From Mustelus asterias (Eukaryota), in contig NW_027590135.1 in the NCBI RefSeq assembly GCF_964213995.1, positions 372,001 through 436,000 on the forward strand: a stretch of DNA of 64,000 nt, given 5' to 3'. Each line of letters opens with the position of its first letter. Within the stretch, counting starts at the first letter, position 1. The notes under the pieces are model-generated. The model saw nothing but the letters and a program-made list of their open reading frames with translations, ran no database searches and was not told where the DNA came from. Made by a program: the position numbers and the translations under genes. This document shows positions 50,010-62,599 of the stretch, piece by piece.

Positions 50010-52438
50010 AGTCCCAATAGGAAATGATGCAGGTTGTCACCGTCAATGCTGTAAGTGGGAGGCGGACAATGCTCACTCACAGCATCTGTATTCCTTATGA
50101 ACAGCTGGCAGGTCGACCACCAAACCGATGGTAAACATTCTGCCAACATCCAGTGAAACTGGGTAACTATGGTAACGGGTCAGTACATTGACAACACAGG
50201 ACTCTGTGACAATAGCTTCATTCCCAAAAGGGTGATGTCACCAGGATCCACAATTCCCCCAGTTTGGAGATTCCTGTCAGGAAGCAAGGAGCAAAGTGTA
50301 AGACACCAGAGAAAAGACAAGAGATCTTTATTTCTATCGAACCAATCATTATCTCAGGAGTTCCCAAATGAATGACTTCTTTAAGAGGTCAGAGAGTCAT
50401 CGAATTTTGCATCACAGAAAGAGGCCATTCAGCCCCTCGTGTATGCACCGGCCATCAGCACCGATCTATTCTCATCCCATTTTTCAGCGCGTATTCACAT
50501 ATACGACCTGGATGAGGGAACCAAATGTAACATTTCCACGTTTGCTGACAACACAAAACTGGGCAGAATTGTGAGTTGTGAGGAGGATGCAAGGAGGTTT
50601 CAAGGTGATTTGGACAACTTGAGTGAGTGAACAAACACATGGCAGATGCAGCACAACGCGGCTAAATGTGAAGTTATACACTTTGGTGTGAAAAACAGAA
50701 AGGAAAGGATGAGATGAGATCTGATTAAAACATATAAAATTCTAACAGGCTGGACAGACTACATGCAGGAAGGATGTTTTCCGTGGTTGGGGAACCAGCA
50801 ACATTTACCAAGAAGTGGAAAGCGGAAGATCACCTCCAGTGAAAAACAGGAGTTAGAGCATCCGGTCGAGGCGGCTGAGGGACTTCACTGGTGCATTCTG
50901 GGAGAAGTCGGCCCAGCAACATTTACCAAGAAGTGAGAAGCTGAAGATCTGGTGTCAAGGAGCGGTAAACCCGAAACACTACATTAGTGTTTCCCTCGCT
51001 CCCTCCTCTAACCAAAAAAAAAGGCCACCGTGGGAAGGTAAAAGTGAAGGTAAGAGTTTTATAAATTTTCTCAAATAATTTAATTGGTGCTTGAAATGTC
51101 GGTTGGTGGGGTTAAGTGTTGCACTTCTGGGATGTGGGAGATCCGGGGCTTTCAGCATCTCAAATTGGGCGGGGATCCTGGATTCAGGATTCAATCCTGG
51201 ACCGGGGAGCGGCGCGGGCTTGGAGGGCCGAAGGGCCTGTTCCTGTGCTGTATTGTTCTTTGTTCTATCTCGGACAACTATGTCTGCAGGAAGTGCACCC
51301 AACTGCAGCTCCTTTCAGACCGCATGGATAGGTTGGAGCAGCAGTTGGATGCCCTTAGGAGCAGGAAGGAGGCGGAAAGCATCATAGATAGGAGATTTAG
51401 AGACGTGGTCACACCCAAGGTGCAGGCAGATGGATGGGTGACCGCCAGAAGGGGCAGGCAGTCAGTGCAGGAATCCCCTGTGGTCATCCCCCTCTCTAAC
51501 AAGTATACCGTTTTGGATACTGTTGGGGGAGATGGGCTATCAGGGAATAACAGCAGCAGCAGCCAAAGCAGTGGCACCATGGCTGGCTCTGTTGTTAAGC
51601 AGGGAGGGACAAAGAGCACTAGAACAATAGTTATAGGGGATTCTATAGTTAGGGGTGTAGATAGGCGTTTCTGTGGACGTGAAAGAGATCCAGGATGGTA
51701 TGTTGCCTCCCTGGTGCCAGGGTCCAGGATGTCACTGAACAGACAGAAAGCATTCTGAAGGGAGAGGGTGAACAGCCAGAGGTCGTGGTACATATTGGTA
51801 CTAACGACATAGGTAGGAGGAGTGATGAGGTCCTGCAGCAGCAGTTTAGGGAGTTAGGTAGAAAGTTAAAAAGCAGGATCTCAAGGGTTGTAATCACAGG
51901 ATAGAAAGATAGTGCAGCTCAACATGTGGCTAAACAGCTGGTGCAGGAGGGAGGGTTTCAGATATCTGGACGATTGGAGTCTCTTTCGGGGCAGATGGGA
52001 CCTGTACAAGAAGGACGGGTTGCATCTAAACTGGGAGGGCATAAATATTCTGGCCGGGAGGTTTGCTAATGTCACATGGAAGGATTTAAACTAGTTTAGC
52101 AGGGGGGTGGGAACCAAAGCAAAGGTGAATTAGCTGAAGGAGAACCGGAGAGTCGGGCCAGTAAGACCCAGAGAAACAGCAGGCAGGGTGGGGTTTATAA
52201 TCAAAGAGGATCTGGTGGACTGAAGTGCACCTGTTTCAATGCGAGAAGTGTAACAGGTAAGGCAGATGAACTTAGAGCTTGGATTAGTACTAGGAAATAC
52301 GATGTTGTTGCCATTACAGAGACTTGGTTAAGGGAAGGACAGGATTGGCAGCTTAACATTCCAGGATACAGATGTTTCAGGCGGGATAGAGGGGGATGTA
52401 AAAGGGGTGGGGGAGTTGCACTACTGGTTAAGGAGAAT

Positions 52439-52562
52439 ATGATGTGGAGATGCCGGCGTTGGACTGGGATAAATATAGTAAGAAGTCCCACAACACCAGG
52501 TTAAAGTCTAACAGGTTTATTTGGTAGCACAAGCCACTAGGTTCGGAGCGCTGCCCCTTCAT
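52439..52562 (-). mobile_element. Penelope-like terminal fragment at a deletion breakpoint
   Basis: ATGATGTGGAGATGCCGGCGTTGGACTGGG...TTTATTTGGTAGCA shared with 44757 and 56647. Confidence 0.75.
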
Positions 52563-53336
52563 TAAGGAGAATCCCAAGGCATTTTATACATACGTTAGGA
52601 GCAAGAGGGTTGTCAGAGAAAGAGTCGGACCTCTCAAGAACAAAGGAGGGGAATTATGCTCAAAACCCAAGGAAGTAGGTGAGATCCGAAATGAATACTT
52701 TGCATCAGTATTCACAAAGAAGAGGGACATGTTGATTGGTAGTGTCTCAGAGGGATGTGTAGACCCGTTAGAACAAATCGCAATTACAAGGGAGGAAGTG
52801 TTAGGTGTTTTAGGAAGCATAAAGGTAGACAAATCCCCAGGGCCAGATGGCACCTGTCCCAGATTATTGAGAGAGACAAGAGGTGAAATTGCTGGGCCTC
52901 TAACAGAAATCTTTGTTTCTTCATTGGACACAGCTGAGGTCCCAGAGGATTGGAGGATAGCAAATGTGGTCCCGTTATTTAAGAAGGGTAGCAAGGATAA
53001 CCCGGGAATTATAGGCCAGTGAGCTTGACGTCCATGGTAGGGAAATTGTTGGAGAATATTCTTAGAGATAGGATCTATGCACATTTAGAACTGAATAGTC
53101 GCATTAGCGATAGACAACATGGTTTTGTACGAGGGAGGGCATGCCTCACAAATTTGGTTGAGTTTTTTGAGGTGGTGACAAAAATGATTGACAAGGGAAG
53201 GGCCGTGGATGTCGTCTACATGGAATTTAGTAAAGCATTTGACACGGTCCCTCATGGCAGACTGGTGCAAAAGATTAAATCTCACAGGATCAAAGGTGAA
53301 CTAGCGAGATGGGTACAGAACTGGCTTGGCCATAGA

Positions 53337-54013
53337 TACGCTGCAAGAAAGGATGTCCCGAGGCATGGTACATTGGGGAAACTATGCAGACGCTGCGACA
53401 ACGGATGAATGAACACCGCTCGACAATCACCAGGCAAGACTGTTCTCTTCCTGTTGGGGAGCACTTCAGCGGTCACGGGCATTCGGCCTCTGATATTCGG
53501 GTAAGCGTTCTCCAAGGCGGCCTTCGCGACACACGACAGCGCAGAGTCGCGGAGCAGAAACTGATAGCCAGGTTCCGCACACACAAGGACGGCCTCAACC
53601 GGGATATTGGGTTTATGTCACACTATTTCACATAAATATTTCTGCTTTTTTCCTCCTGAGTCTTTATCATGCGATCCTAGAATCAGAATTTATGTCACAC
53701 TATTTGTAACTCCCACAGTTGCGTGGACCTGCAGAGTTTCACTGGCTGTCTTGTCTGGAGACAATACACATCTTTTTAGCCTGTCTTGATGCTCTCTCCA
53801 CTCCCATTGTTTTGTTTCTTAAAGACTGGATTAGTTGTAAGTATTCGCATTCCAACCATTATTCATGTAAATTGAGTCTGTGTCTTATAAGTTCTGTTTG
53901 TGAACAGAATTCCCACTCACCTGAAGAAGGGGCTCAGAGCCTCGAAAGCTTGTGTGGCTTTTGCTACCAAATAAACCTGTTGGACTTTAACCTCGTGTTG
54001 TTAAACTTCTTAC
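53337..54013 (+). mobile_element. Penelope-like element 3' part: GIY-YIG endonuclease C-terminus plus terminal repeat
   Basis: RCKKGCPEAWYIGETMQTLRQRMNEH...HFSGHGH...AEQKLI...GLNRD; TSD TTGGCCATAGA (53326-53336 and 54014-54024). Confidence 0.88.
53918..53954 (+). ncRNA. Minimal type I hammerhead ribozyme motif (Penelope-associated)
   Basis: CAC-CTGAAGA-AGGGGC(TCAGA)GCCTC-GAAA-GCTT-GTG. Confidence 0.7.
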
Positions 54014-54322
54014 TTGGCCATAGAAGACAGAGGGTAGCAGTGGGGGGTTCTTTTTCTGATTGGAGGTTTGTGACTAGTGGTGTTCTACAGGGCTCTGTAC
54101 TGGGACCTCTGCTGTTTGTGATATACGTATAAATGATTTATAAGATGTAGCTGGTCTGATTAGTAACTTTGCAGACGACACAAAGATTGCTGGAGTTGGG
54201 GATAGTGATGAACATTGCCAGAGAATACAGCAGGATATAGATAGGCTGGAAAATTGGGCGGAGAAATGGCAGATGGAACTTTATCCAGATAAATGCTAAA
54301 TGATGCATTTTGGTAGATCTAA

Positions 54323-54677
54323 TAGAAATCATAGAAGAAATCATAGAAACCCTACAGTGCAGAAGGAGGCCATTTGGCCCATCGAGTCTGCACCGACCAC
54401 AATCCCACCCAGGCCCTACCCCCACATATTTTACCCGCTAATCCCTCTAACCTACGCATCCTAGGACTCTAAGGGGCAATTTTTTTTTTAACCTGGCCAA
54501 TCAACCTAACCCGCACATCTTTGGACTGTGGGAGGAAACCGGAGTACCCGGAGGAAACCCACGCAGACACGAGGAGAATGTGCAAACTCCACACAGACAG
54601 TGACCCGAGCCGGGAATCGAACCCGGGACCCTGGAGCTGTGAAGCAGCAGTGCTAACCACTGTGCTACCGTGCCGCC
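54323..54677 (-). mobile_element. Full-length young HE1-like SINE inserted in CR1 RT
   Basis: Reverse complement of the 46156 copy; AAT duplicated. Confidence 0.92.
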
Positions 54678-56646
54678 CAATGCAGGGGGGAGCTATACAA
54701 TAAATGGCAGAACCATCAGGTGTATAGACACACAGAGGGATCTGGGTGTGCAAGTCCACAGATCCTTAAAGGAGGCAGCACAGGTGGAAAAGGTGGTGAA
54801 GAAGGCATATGGCATGCTTGCCTTTATTGGACGGGGCATAGAGTATAAAAGTTGGCATATGATGTTGCAGTTATATAGAATGTTGCTTCGGCCACATTTG
54901 GAATACTGCGTCCAGTTCTGGTCGCCACACTACCAGAAGGACGTGGAGGCTTTGGAGAGAGTGCAGAAAAGGTTTACCAGGATGTTGCCTGGTATGGAGG
55001 GTATTAGCTATGAGGTGAGATTCAGTAAACTAAGGTTGTTCTCCCTGGAAAGACGGAGGGTGAGGGGCGACCTAATAGAAGTTTATAAAATTATGAAGGA
55101 CATGGATAGGGTGAACAGTTGGAAGCTTTTTCCCAGGTCAGAAATGACAAACACAAGGGGTCACAAGTTCAAGGGGGGCAAGGTTCAATACAGATATGCG
55201 GGGGACATATTTTACACAGAGGGTGGTGGGGGCCTGGAATGCACTACCAAGCAACATGGTTGAGGCAGACACGTGAGGATCATTTAAGACTTATCTAGAT
55301 AGCCACATGAACAGACTGGGAATAGAGGGATACAAACGGATGGTCTAGTTAGGAACACATGATCGGTGCAGGTTTGGAGGGCCGAAGGGCCTGTTGCTGT
55401 GCTGTGTTGTTCTTTGTTCATCAGGTGAGTATGAGGAGAATATCGCAGCTGTACTCCGGGAGGTCACCTCAGAGGGCTCATACAGCGAGGCAATATGGGT
55501 AGAGCTCAGGAATAGGAAAGGTGTATTCATAATGTTGGGGGTTTACTATTGGCCACCCAACGCCAGCGGGAGATAGAAGAACAGAGATGTCGGCAGATTT
55601 TGGAAAGGTGTAAAAGTAACAGGGTTGTTGTGGTGGGAGATTTTAACTTCCCATATATTGATTGGGACTCACTTAATGCTAGGTGCGTGGATGGGGCAGA
55701 GCTTGTGAGGAGCATCCAGGAGGGCTTCTTGAAACAATATGTCGATAGTCCAACTAGGGAAGTGGCCATACTGGACCTGGTATTGAGGAATGAGCCCAGC
55801 CAGGTGGTTGATGTTTCAGTAGGGGAGGAGTTCGGGAACAGTGACCACAATTCAGTCAGCTTTAAGGTACTGATGGATAAAGATAAGTGTAGTCCTCAAG
55901 TTAAGATGCTAAATTGGGGGAAGGCTAATTACAACAATATTAGGCAGGAACTGAAGAATGTAGATTGGGGGCAGATGTTTGAAGGCAAATCAACATCTGG
56001 CATGTGGGAGGCTTTCAAATGCAAGTTGATAGGGATTCAGGACCGGCACATTCCTGTAAGGATGAAGGATAAGTATGGCAAGTTTTGGGAACCTTGGATA
56101 ACGAGAGATATTGTGAGCCTAGTCAAAGAGAAAAAGGAAGCATTTGTCAAAGCTAGGAGGCCGGGAACACACGAAGCAAGTGTGGAATACAAGGAAAGTA
56201 GAAAGAAACTGAAGCAAGGAGTAAGGAGGGCTAAAAGGGGTCACGTAATAGCATTGGCCAGCAGGATTAAGGAAAATCCCAAGGCTTTTTATACATATGT
56301 AAAGAGCAAGAAGGTAGCCAGGGAGAGGGTGGGCCCACTCAAGGACAAGGGAGGGAATCTATGCGTGGAGCCAGAGCAAATGGGTGAGGTATTCAATGAG
56401 TACGTTGCGTCAGTATTCACCAAAGATAAGGACTTGGTGGATGATGAGTCTGGGAAAGGATGTGTCGATAGTTTGAGCCATGTTGATATCAAAAAGGAGG
56501 AAGTATTCAGGTTCTTGAGAAACATTAAGGTAGACAAGTCCCTAGGGCCTGATGGGATATACCCCAGAATACTGAGAGAGGCAAGGGAGGAAATTGCTGG
56601 GTACTTGAGGGAAATCTTTGTATCCTCACTGGCTACAGGGGACGTC

Positions 56647-56939
56647 ATGATGTGGAGATGCCGGCGTTGGACTGGGGTAAACACAGTAAGAGTTTTAACA
56701 ACACCAGGTGAAAGTCCAACAGGTTTATTTGGTTGCAAATACCATTAGCTTTCAGAGCGCTGCTCCTTTGTCGGATGGAGTGGAAATCTGCTCTCAAACA
56801 GTGCTCTCAAAATGGATTTCCATTTGTTTGAGAGCAGATTTCCACTCCATCTGACGAAGGAGCAGTGCTCCGAAAGCTAATGGTATTTGCTACCAAATAA
56901 ACCTGTTGGACTTTAACCTGGTGCTGTTAAAACTCTTAC
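56647..56939. mobile_element. Penelope-like fold-back insertion (~110-bp inverted arms)
   Basis: 56686-56800 is the reverse complement of 56825-56939; AGGGGA(C/G)GTC duplicated at the flanks. Confidence 0.85.
56847..56883 (+). ncRNA. Minimal type I hammerhead ribozyme motif
   Basis: CCAT-CTGACGA-AGGAGC(AGT)GCTCC-GAAA-GCTA-ATGG; stems I and II pair, palindromic stem III. Confidence 0.78.
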
Positions 56940-58825
56940 AGGGGAGGTCCCAGAGGATTGGAGAACAGCCAATGTTGTTCCTTTATTTTAGAAGTGTAGC
57001 AAGAATAATCCAGGTAATTACAGGCCGGTGAGCCTGACATCAGTGGTAGGGAAATTATTGGAGAGGATTCTTCGAGACAGGATTTATTCCCACTTGGAAA
57101 TAAGTGGACGTATTAGTGAGAGGCAGCATGGTTTTGTGAAGGGGAGGTTGTGTCTCACGAACTTGATCGAGTTTTTCGAGGAAGTAACAAAGATGATTGA
57201 TCAGGGTAGGGCAGTGGATGTTGTATACATGGACTTCAGCAAGGCCTTTGACAAGGTCCCTCATGGCAGACTGGTGCAGAAGGTGAAGTTGCATGGGATC
57301 AGATGTGAGCTGGCTCCGTGGATACAAAACTGGCTTGGTCACAGAAAACAGAGGGTAGCAGTGGAATGGTGTGTTTCTGAATGGAGGGCTGTGACAAGTG
57401 GCGTTCCTCAAGGATCAGTGCTGGGACTGTTGCTGTTTGTAATATATATAAATGATTTGGAGGAAAATGTAACTGGTTTGATTTGTACGTTTGCAGACGA
57501 CACAAAGGTTGGTGGATTTCCGGATAGCGGTGAGGACCATCAGAGGATTCAGCAGGATGTAGATCAGTTGGAGACTTGGGCAGAGAGATGGCAGATGGAG
57601 TTTAATCCGGATAAATGTGAGGTAATGCATTTTGGAAGGTCTAATACAGTTAGGAAATATACAGTAAATGGCAGAACACTTAAGAGTACTGATAGGCAAA
57701 GAGATCTGGGTGTACAGGCATACAGGTCACTGAAAGTGGCAATGCAGGTGGAGAAGGTAGTCAAGGAGGCATACGGCATGCTTGCCTTCATCGGCCGGGG
57801 CATTGAGTTTAAAAATTGGCAAGCCATGTTGCAGCTTTATAGAACCTGAGTTAGGCCGCGCTTGGAATATAGTGTTCAATTCTGGTCGCCACATTACCAG
57901 AAGGATGTAGAGGCTTTGGAGAGGGTACAGAAAAGATTTACCAGGATGTTGCTTGGTATGGAGGGCATTAGCTATGAGGAGAGGTTGGAGAAACTTGGTT
58001 TGTTCTCACTGGAGCAACGGAGGTTGAGTGGCGACCTGATAGATGTCTACCAGATAATGAGAGGCATGGACAGAGTGGATAGTCAGAAGCTTTTTCCCAG
58101 GGTGGAAGAGTCAATTACTAGGGGGCACAGGTTGAAGGTGCCAGGGGCAAGGTTTAAAGAAGATGTACGAGGCAGATTTTTTACACAGAGTAGTGGGTGC
58201 CTGGAACTCGTTGCCAGGGGAGGTAGTGGAAGTGGATACGGTCGTGACTTTTAAGGGGCGTCTTGACAAATACATGAATAGGATGGGAATAGAGGGATAT
58301 GGTCCCGGAAGGGTAGGGGGTTTTAGTTCAGTCGGGCAGCATGGTCGGTGCAGGCTTGGAGGGCTGAAGGGCCTGTTCCTGTGCAGTAATTTTCTTTGTT
58401 CTTTGAATGTTGAACAAGGGGGCTCAGTCTTAGGATACGGGGAACACCATTTAGGAATGAGATGAGGGGAAATTTCTTCACTCAGAGGGTGGTGAACCTA
58501 TGGAATTCTCGGCCAAAGAAGCTGTGAAGACCAAGTCACTGCATAGGTTCAAGAAGGAGAGCGAGATTGTTTTTAGATTTTAATGGCATCAAGGGGTATT
58601 GGGAAAAACAGAATATGGAATTGAGATAGAGGATCAGCCATGATCACATTGAATGATGGAACAGACACGAAGGGTTGAATGGCCGACTCCTCTTCCCAGT
58701 TTCTGTTTTCAAGTTCTGATGAAAGGTCACAAACCTGAAAAACTAACTCTGTTTCTCTCTCGAAACAGATGCTGCCCAATCGGCTGAGCTTTCTTTTCTG
58801 CTTTTATTGCAGATTTCCAGTGTCC

Positions 58826-59127
58826 GAACAGAACCCAACCAGAGACAGCACCTTCAGTAGAGAGGAACCAGTGAGTGCAGAACAGAACCCAGCCAGAGTC
58901 AGCACCTTCAGGAGAGAGGAACCAGTGAGTGTAGAACTGAACCCAACCAGAGACAGCACCTTCAGGAGAGAGGAACCAGTGAGTGCAGAACAGAACCCAG
59001 CCAGAGTCAGCACCTTCAGGAGAGAGGAACCAGTGAGTGTAGAACTGAACCCAACCAGAGACAGCACCTTCAGGAGAGAGGAACCAGTGAGTGTAGAACT
59101 GAACCCAGCCAGAGTCAGCACCTTCAA
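58826..59127. repeat. 54-bp minisatellite (~5.6 copies) with alternating variants
   Basis: GAACCCAACCAGAGACAGCACCTTCAGGAGAGAGGAACCAGTGAGTG alternates with GAACCCAGCCAGAGTCAGC... Confidence 0.92.
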
Positions 59128-59129
59128 GA

Positions 59130-62030
59130 GATAGAGAGGTAACTAATCTAAACCCTGTATTCAAAAACAGAGGTAGAGAGGAAAGAGGGAACCAATGACC
59201 AGTCAGCCGAACGTCAGTCGTAGGGCAGCTGCTCGAGCCCATTACCAAGCGTTTGGAAAGCAGTGTTATGATCAGATAAAGTCAGCATGGATTTACAAAA
59301 GGGAAATCATGCTTGATAAAACTACTGGAATTCTTCGAGGATGTAACTGGTTGAGTTGACCAGGAAGAACCGGTGGATGTTGTTTCTTTAGAATTTCAGA
59401 AGACTTTCAACAGGGTCGCTCCTAATGTTTTTAATTGTTAAAGGTTACAGTTTGTTTGTTAGTAGGTTTACATTAACACTGCAATGAAGTTATTGTGAAA
59501 ATCCCCTCATCGCCATACTCCGGCGGCTGTTCAGGTAGACTGAGGGAGAATTTAGCATGACCAATGCACCGAACCAGCACGTCTTTCAGACTGTGGGAGG
59601 AACTGAAGTACCCAGAGGAAACACACACAGACACGGAGGGAACGTGCAGACTCCACACAGACAGTGACCCAAGCCGGGAATCGAACCTGGGTCCTTGGCG
59701 CTGTGAGACAGCAGTGGTAACCATTGTGCCGCCCCTCTACTATGTAAAGGTAAAGTACCCATGGGATTGTGGGTAGCGTCTTGAGATGGATAGAAAGCTG
59801 ATTAACAGACAGGAAGTAAAAACATGGCATAAATGGATCTTTTTCCAATTGGAAGGCAGTGATTAGTGGAGGACCGCAGGGATCAGCGCGAGGACCCCAA
59901 CTGTTCATATTATATATTAATGATTTGGACGTGGGAACTAAATGTATTATCTCCAAATATGGAGATGATACAATATTGGGTGGGAGGGTGAGCTGTGAGC
60001 AGCATGCAGAGATCCTTCAGCGCGATTTGGACAGGCTGAGTGCGTGGGCATCTGCATGGCAGATGTAGTATGTGGATAAATATGCAGTGACCACCTCATT
60101 ATTCACTTCAGTAGCAAAAATAGGAAGGCAGATTATTATTTGAATGGGTGTAAATTGATGAAGGTGGATACTCAGCGAGACCTCGGTGTCCTTGTGCATC
60201 AGTCAGTACAATCAAGTCTTAATGCATAAGACTTTGGTTAGGCCACATTTGGAGTATTGTGTACCATTCTGGTCGCCACACTTCCAGAAGAATGTTGATA
60301 CATTGGAAAGGGTGCAGAAGAGATTTTCCAGGATGTTGCCTGGTTTGGAGGATACAGACTATGAAGAAGGTTGAACAAACGTGGATTGTTTTCTTTGGAG
60401 CATCAGAGGACGAGGGGGGACCTGAGAGAGGTTTACAAGATTATGACAGGGTTGGATAGAGTGGATTGTCAGAGTCTTTTTCCCAGGGTCGAGCGGTCAA
60501 TAACTCGAGACAAAGGTGAGAGGGAAAGTTTAAAAGAGATGTAAGGAGCAAGTTTTTCAGACAGAGAGTGGTGAATGCCCGGAACGTGCTGTCAGAGGAA
60601 GTAGTGGAAGCAGATTCTGTAACACGGGCGGCACGGTAGCACAGTGGTTAGCACTGCTGCTTCACAGCTCCAGGGTCCCGGGTTCGATTCCCAGCTCGGG
60701 TCACTGTCTGTGTGGAGTTTACACATTCTCCTCGTGTCTGCGTGGGTTTCCTCCGGGTGCTCCGGTTTCCTCCCACAGTCCAAAGATGTGCGGGTTAGGT
60801 TGATTGGCCAGGTTAAAAAAATTGCCCCTTAGAGTTCTGGGATGCGTAGGTTAGAGGGATTAGCGGGTAAAATATGTGGGGGTAGGGCCTGGGTGGGATT
60901 GTGGTCGGTGCAGACTCGATGGGCCGAATGGCCTCCTTCTGCACTGTAGGGTTTCTATGATTTCTATGATAGAACAACGTTCAAAAGGCATCTGGATAGA
61001 TACATGAATCAGCAGGGAACAGAGGGATATGGACCACATCGAGGCAAGAAAATATTAGATTAGAGAGGTGTAATAAGTCTGCTGGAGGCAGAAGTTCCTT
61101 CATCAAAATGCCCTTATTTACACCTCTAACAGCAGTACACCGAGTGCTTACAGTTAGCAGTCTACCTCCGGGGGTGTTAGAGGAATTGACACTCCCAGTT
61201 AAGTACAAGGCAAAGACTCACTGATTGGCCCATCAATTGGATCCTTATTCAGGGAGTTCATTCTCCAATCGGCCAACCTCAATGGCCTGATTGAAGTCAT
61301 TACAAGAGGCATCTGCGTCGGCACAGACTTGGTGGGTGAGAGGGCCTGTTCCTGTGCTGTACTCTTCTTTGTTCAGTCCCTGAAAGGAAGTGCATAGGTA
61401 CAGAGACAAAAAGACGGCAAATGGTACGTTGGCCTTGAGAGGGAGAGGATTTGTGTCGAAGAATAGGGATGTTTTACTGCAGTTGTATAGGGCAATGATG
61501 AGGCCACACCTGGAGTATTGTGTGCAGTTTTGGTGTCCTTATCTGAGGCAGGATGTCCTTGCTACAGGGGGAGTGCAGCGAAGGTTCCCCAGGTTGCTTC
61601 CTGGGATGGCAAGTGTCATATGAAGAAAGATGAAGTTAGTTAGGATTATGTTCACTGGAGTTTAGAAGATTGAGAGGGGTCTCATAGGAACTTATAAAAT
61701 TCTAACAGGACTAGAAAGGGTAGATTCAGGAAGAATGTTACCGATATCCTTTGTGTGAGGATAAAGGGTAAATTTTTAAGACCGAGGCGAGGAGAAATTT
61801 CTCCACCAGAGAGTGGTGAATCTGTGGAAATCGCGAATGCAGAAAATAGTTGAGGCCAAAATGTGTGATGTCAAGAAGGAATTAAATGTAGCTCTTGGGG
61901 CTAAAGGGATTAATGGATATGGGTGGAAGGTGGGATCAGGAAAGAGAATTTGATCAGCGATGATCATAATGAATGGTAGAGCAGGCTCAATGGGCCGAAT
62001 GGCCGACTCTTGCTTCTATTCGCTGTTTAT
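59130..62030 (+). mobile_element. Mosaic of degenerate CR1 fragments with nested SINEs (59470-59733 minus, 60626-60970 plus)
   Basis: RT motifs (GGPQGS, KYGDDT, RPHLEYC) broken by SINE heads and tails. Confidence 0.75.
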
Positions 62031-62482
62031 AGAAAACAAAGAAAAGTGCAGCGCAAGAACAGACCCTTCGGCCCTCCAAGCCTGTACCGAAATGATGCCC
62101 GAACTAAACTTAAAAAACCTGACTTAGTCCGTATCTCTCTGTTCCCTCCCTATTCATGGACCAATCCAGATGTCTCTTACATGTTGTTCATGTGCCTGCT
62201 TCCACCACCTCCTGTGGCAGCATGTTCCAGGTATCCACCACTCCGCATGAAAATTCTCCCCCACACATCTCCCTTAAACTTTCCCCCTCCCACCTTGAAC
62301 ATGTGCCCCTTGTAATTGACACTTCCACCCTGGGAGAAAGCCTCTGATTATCCACCCTGTCTGTGCCTCTCACAATTTTGTACACCTCTATCAGGTCTCC
62401 CCTCAGCCTCTGTCTTTTCAGTCAAAACAATCCGCATTTATTCAACCTCTCCTCAGAGTCAACACCCTCAAGACCAGGCAAC
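62030..62482 (-). mobile_element. CR1 3' fragment
   Basis: YKIVRGTDRVDNQRL; reverse-complement tail. Confidence 0.75.
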
Positions 62483-62536
62483 ATTTTTCTATGTGTGAGA
62501 GAAAGGAACCAGAATTTGTGGAACGAGCATTAAAAC

Positions 62537-62571
62537 GCGAGAAGTCCCGGGTTCAAATCCCGGACGAGCCC
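62537..62571 (+). pseudogene. tRNA-Pro 3' half only
   Basis: GCGAGAAGTCCCGGGTTCAAATCCCGGACGAGCCC matches vertebrate tRNA-Pro from the 3' anticodon stem onward; 5' half not seen. Confidence 0.75.
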
Positions 62572-62599
62572 AGTAGGGTTTCTTTTGCTCATTGTTCCA

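Larger units (their letters stand above)
50790..55398 (+). mobile_element. Originally full-length CR1, disrupted by four nested insertions and an internal deletion
   Basis: ORF1 zinc finger and esterase 51096-52094; EN start ~52220; RT to ~55347; tail GTTCTTTGTTC. Confidence 0.88.
55425..58404 (+). mobile_element. CR1 ORF2 (5'-truncated within the endonuclease), interrupted by a Penelope hairpin
   Basis: ORFs 55549..56748, 57028..57849 and 57862..58254; GDFN, SDHN, FADD; tail TTTGTTCTTT. Confidence 0.9.

Noticed and set aside
58727-59248. Open frames across the 54-bp repeat
   Set aside because: Unit length is a multiple of 3, so frames stay open; no splice or start context.
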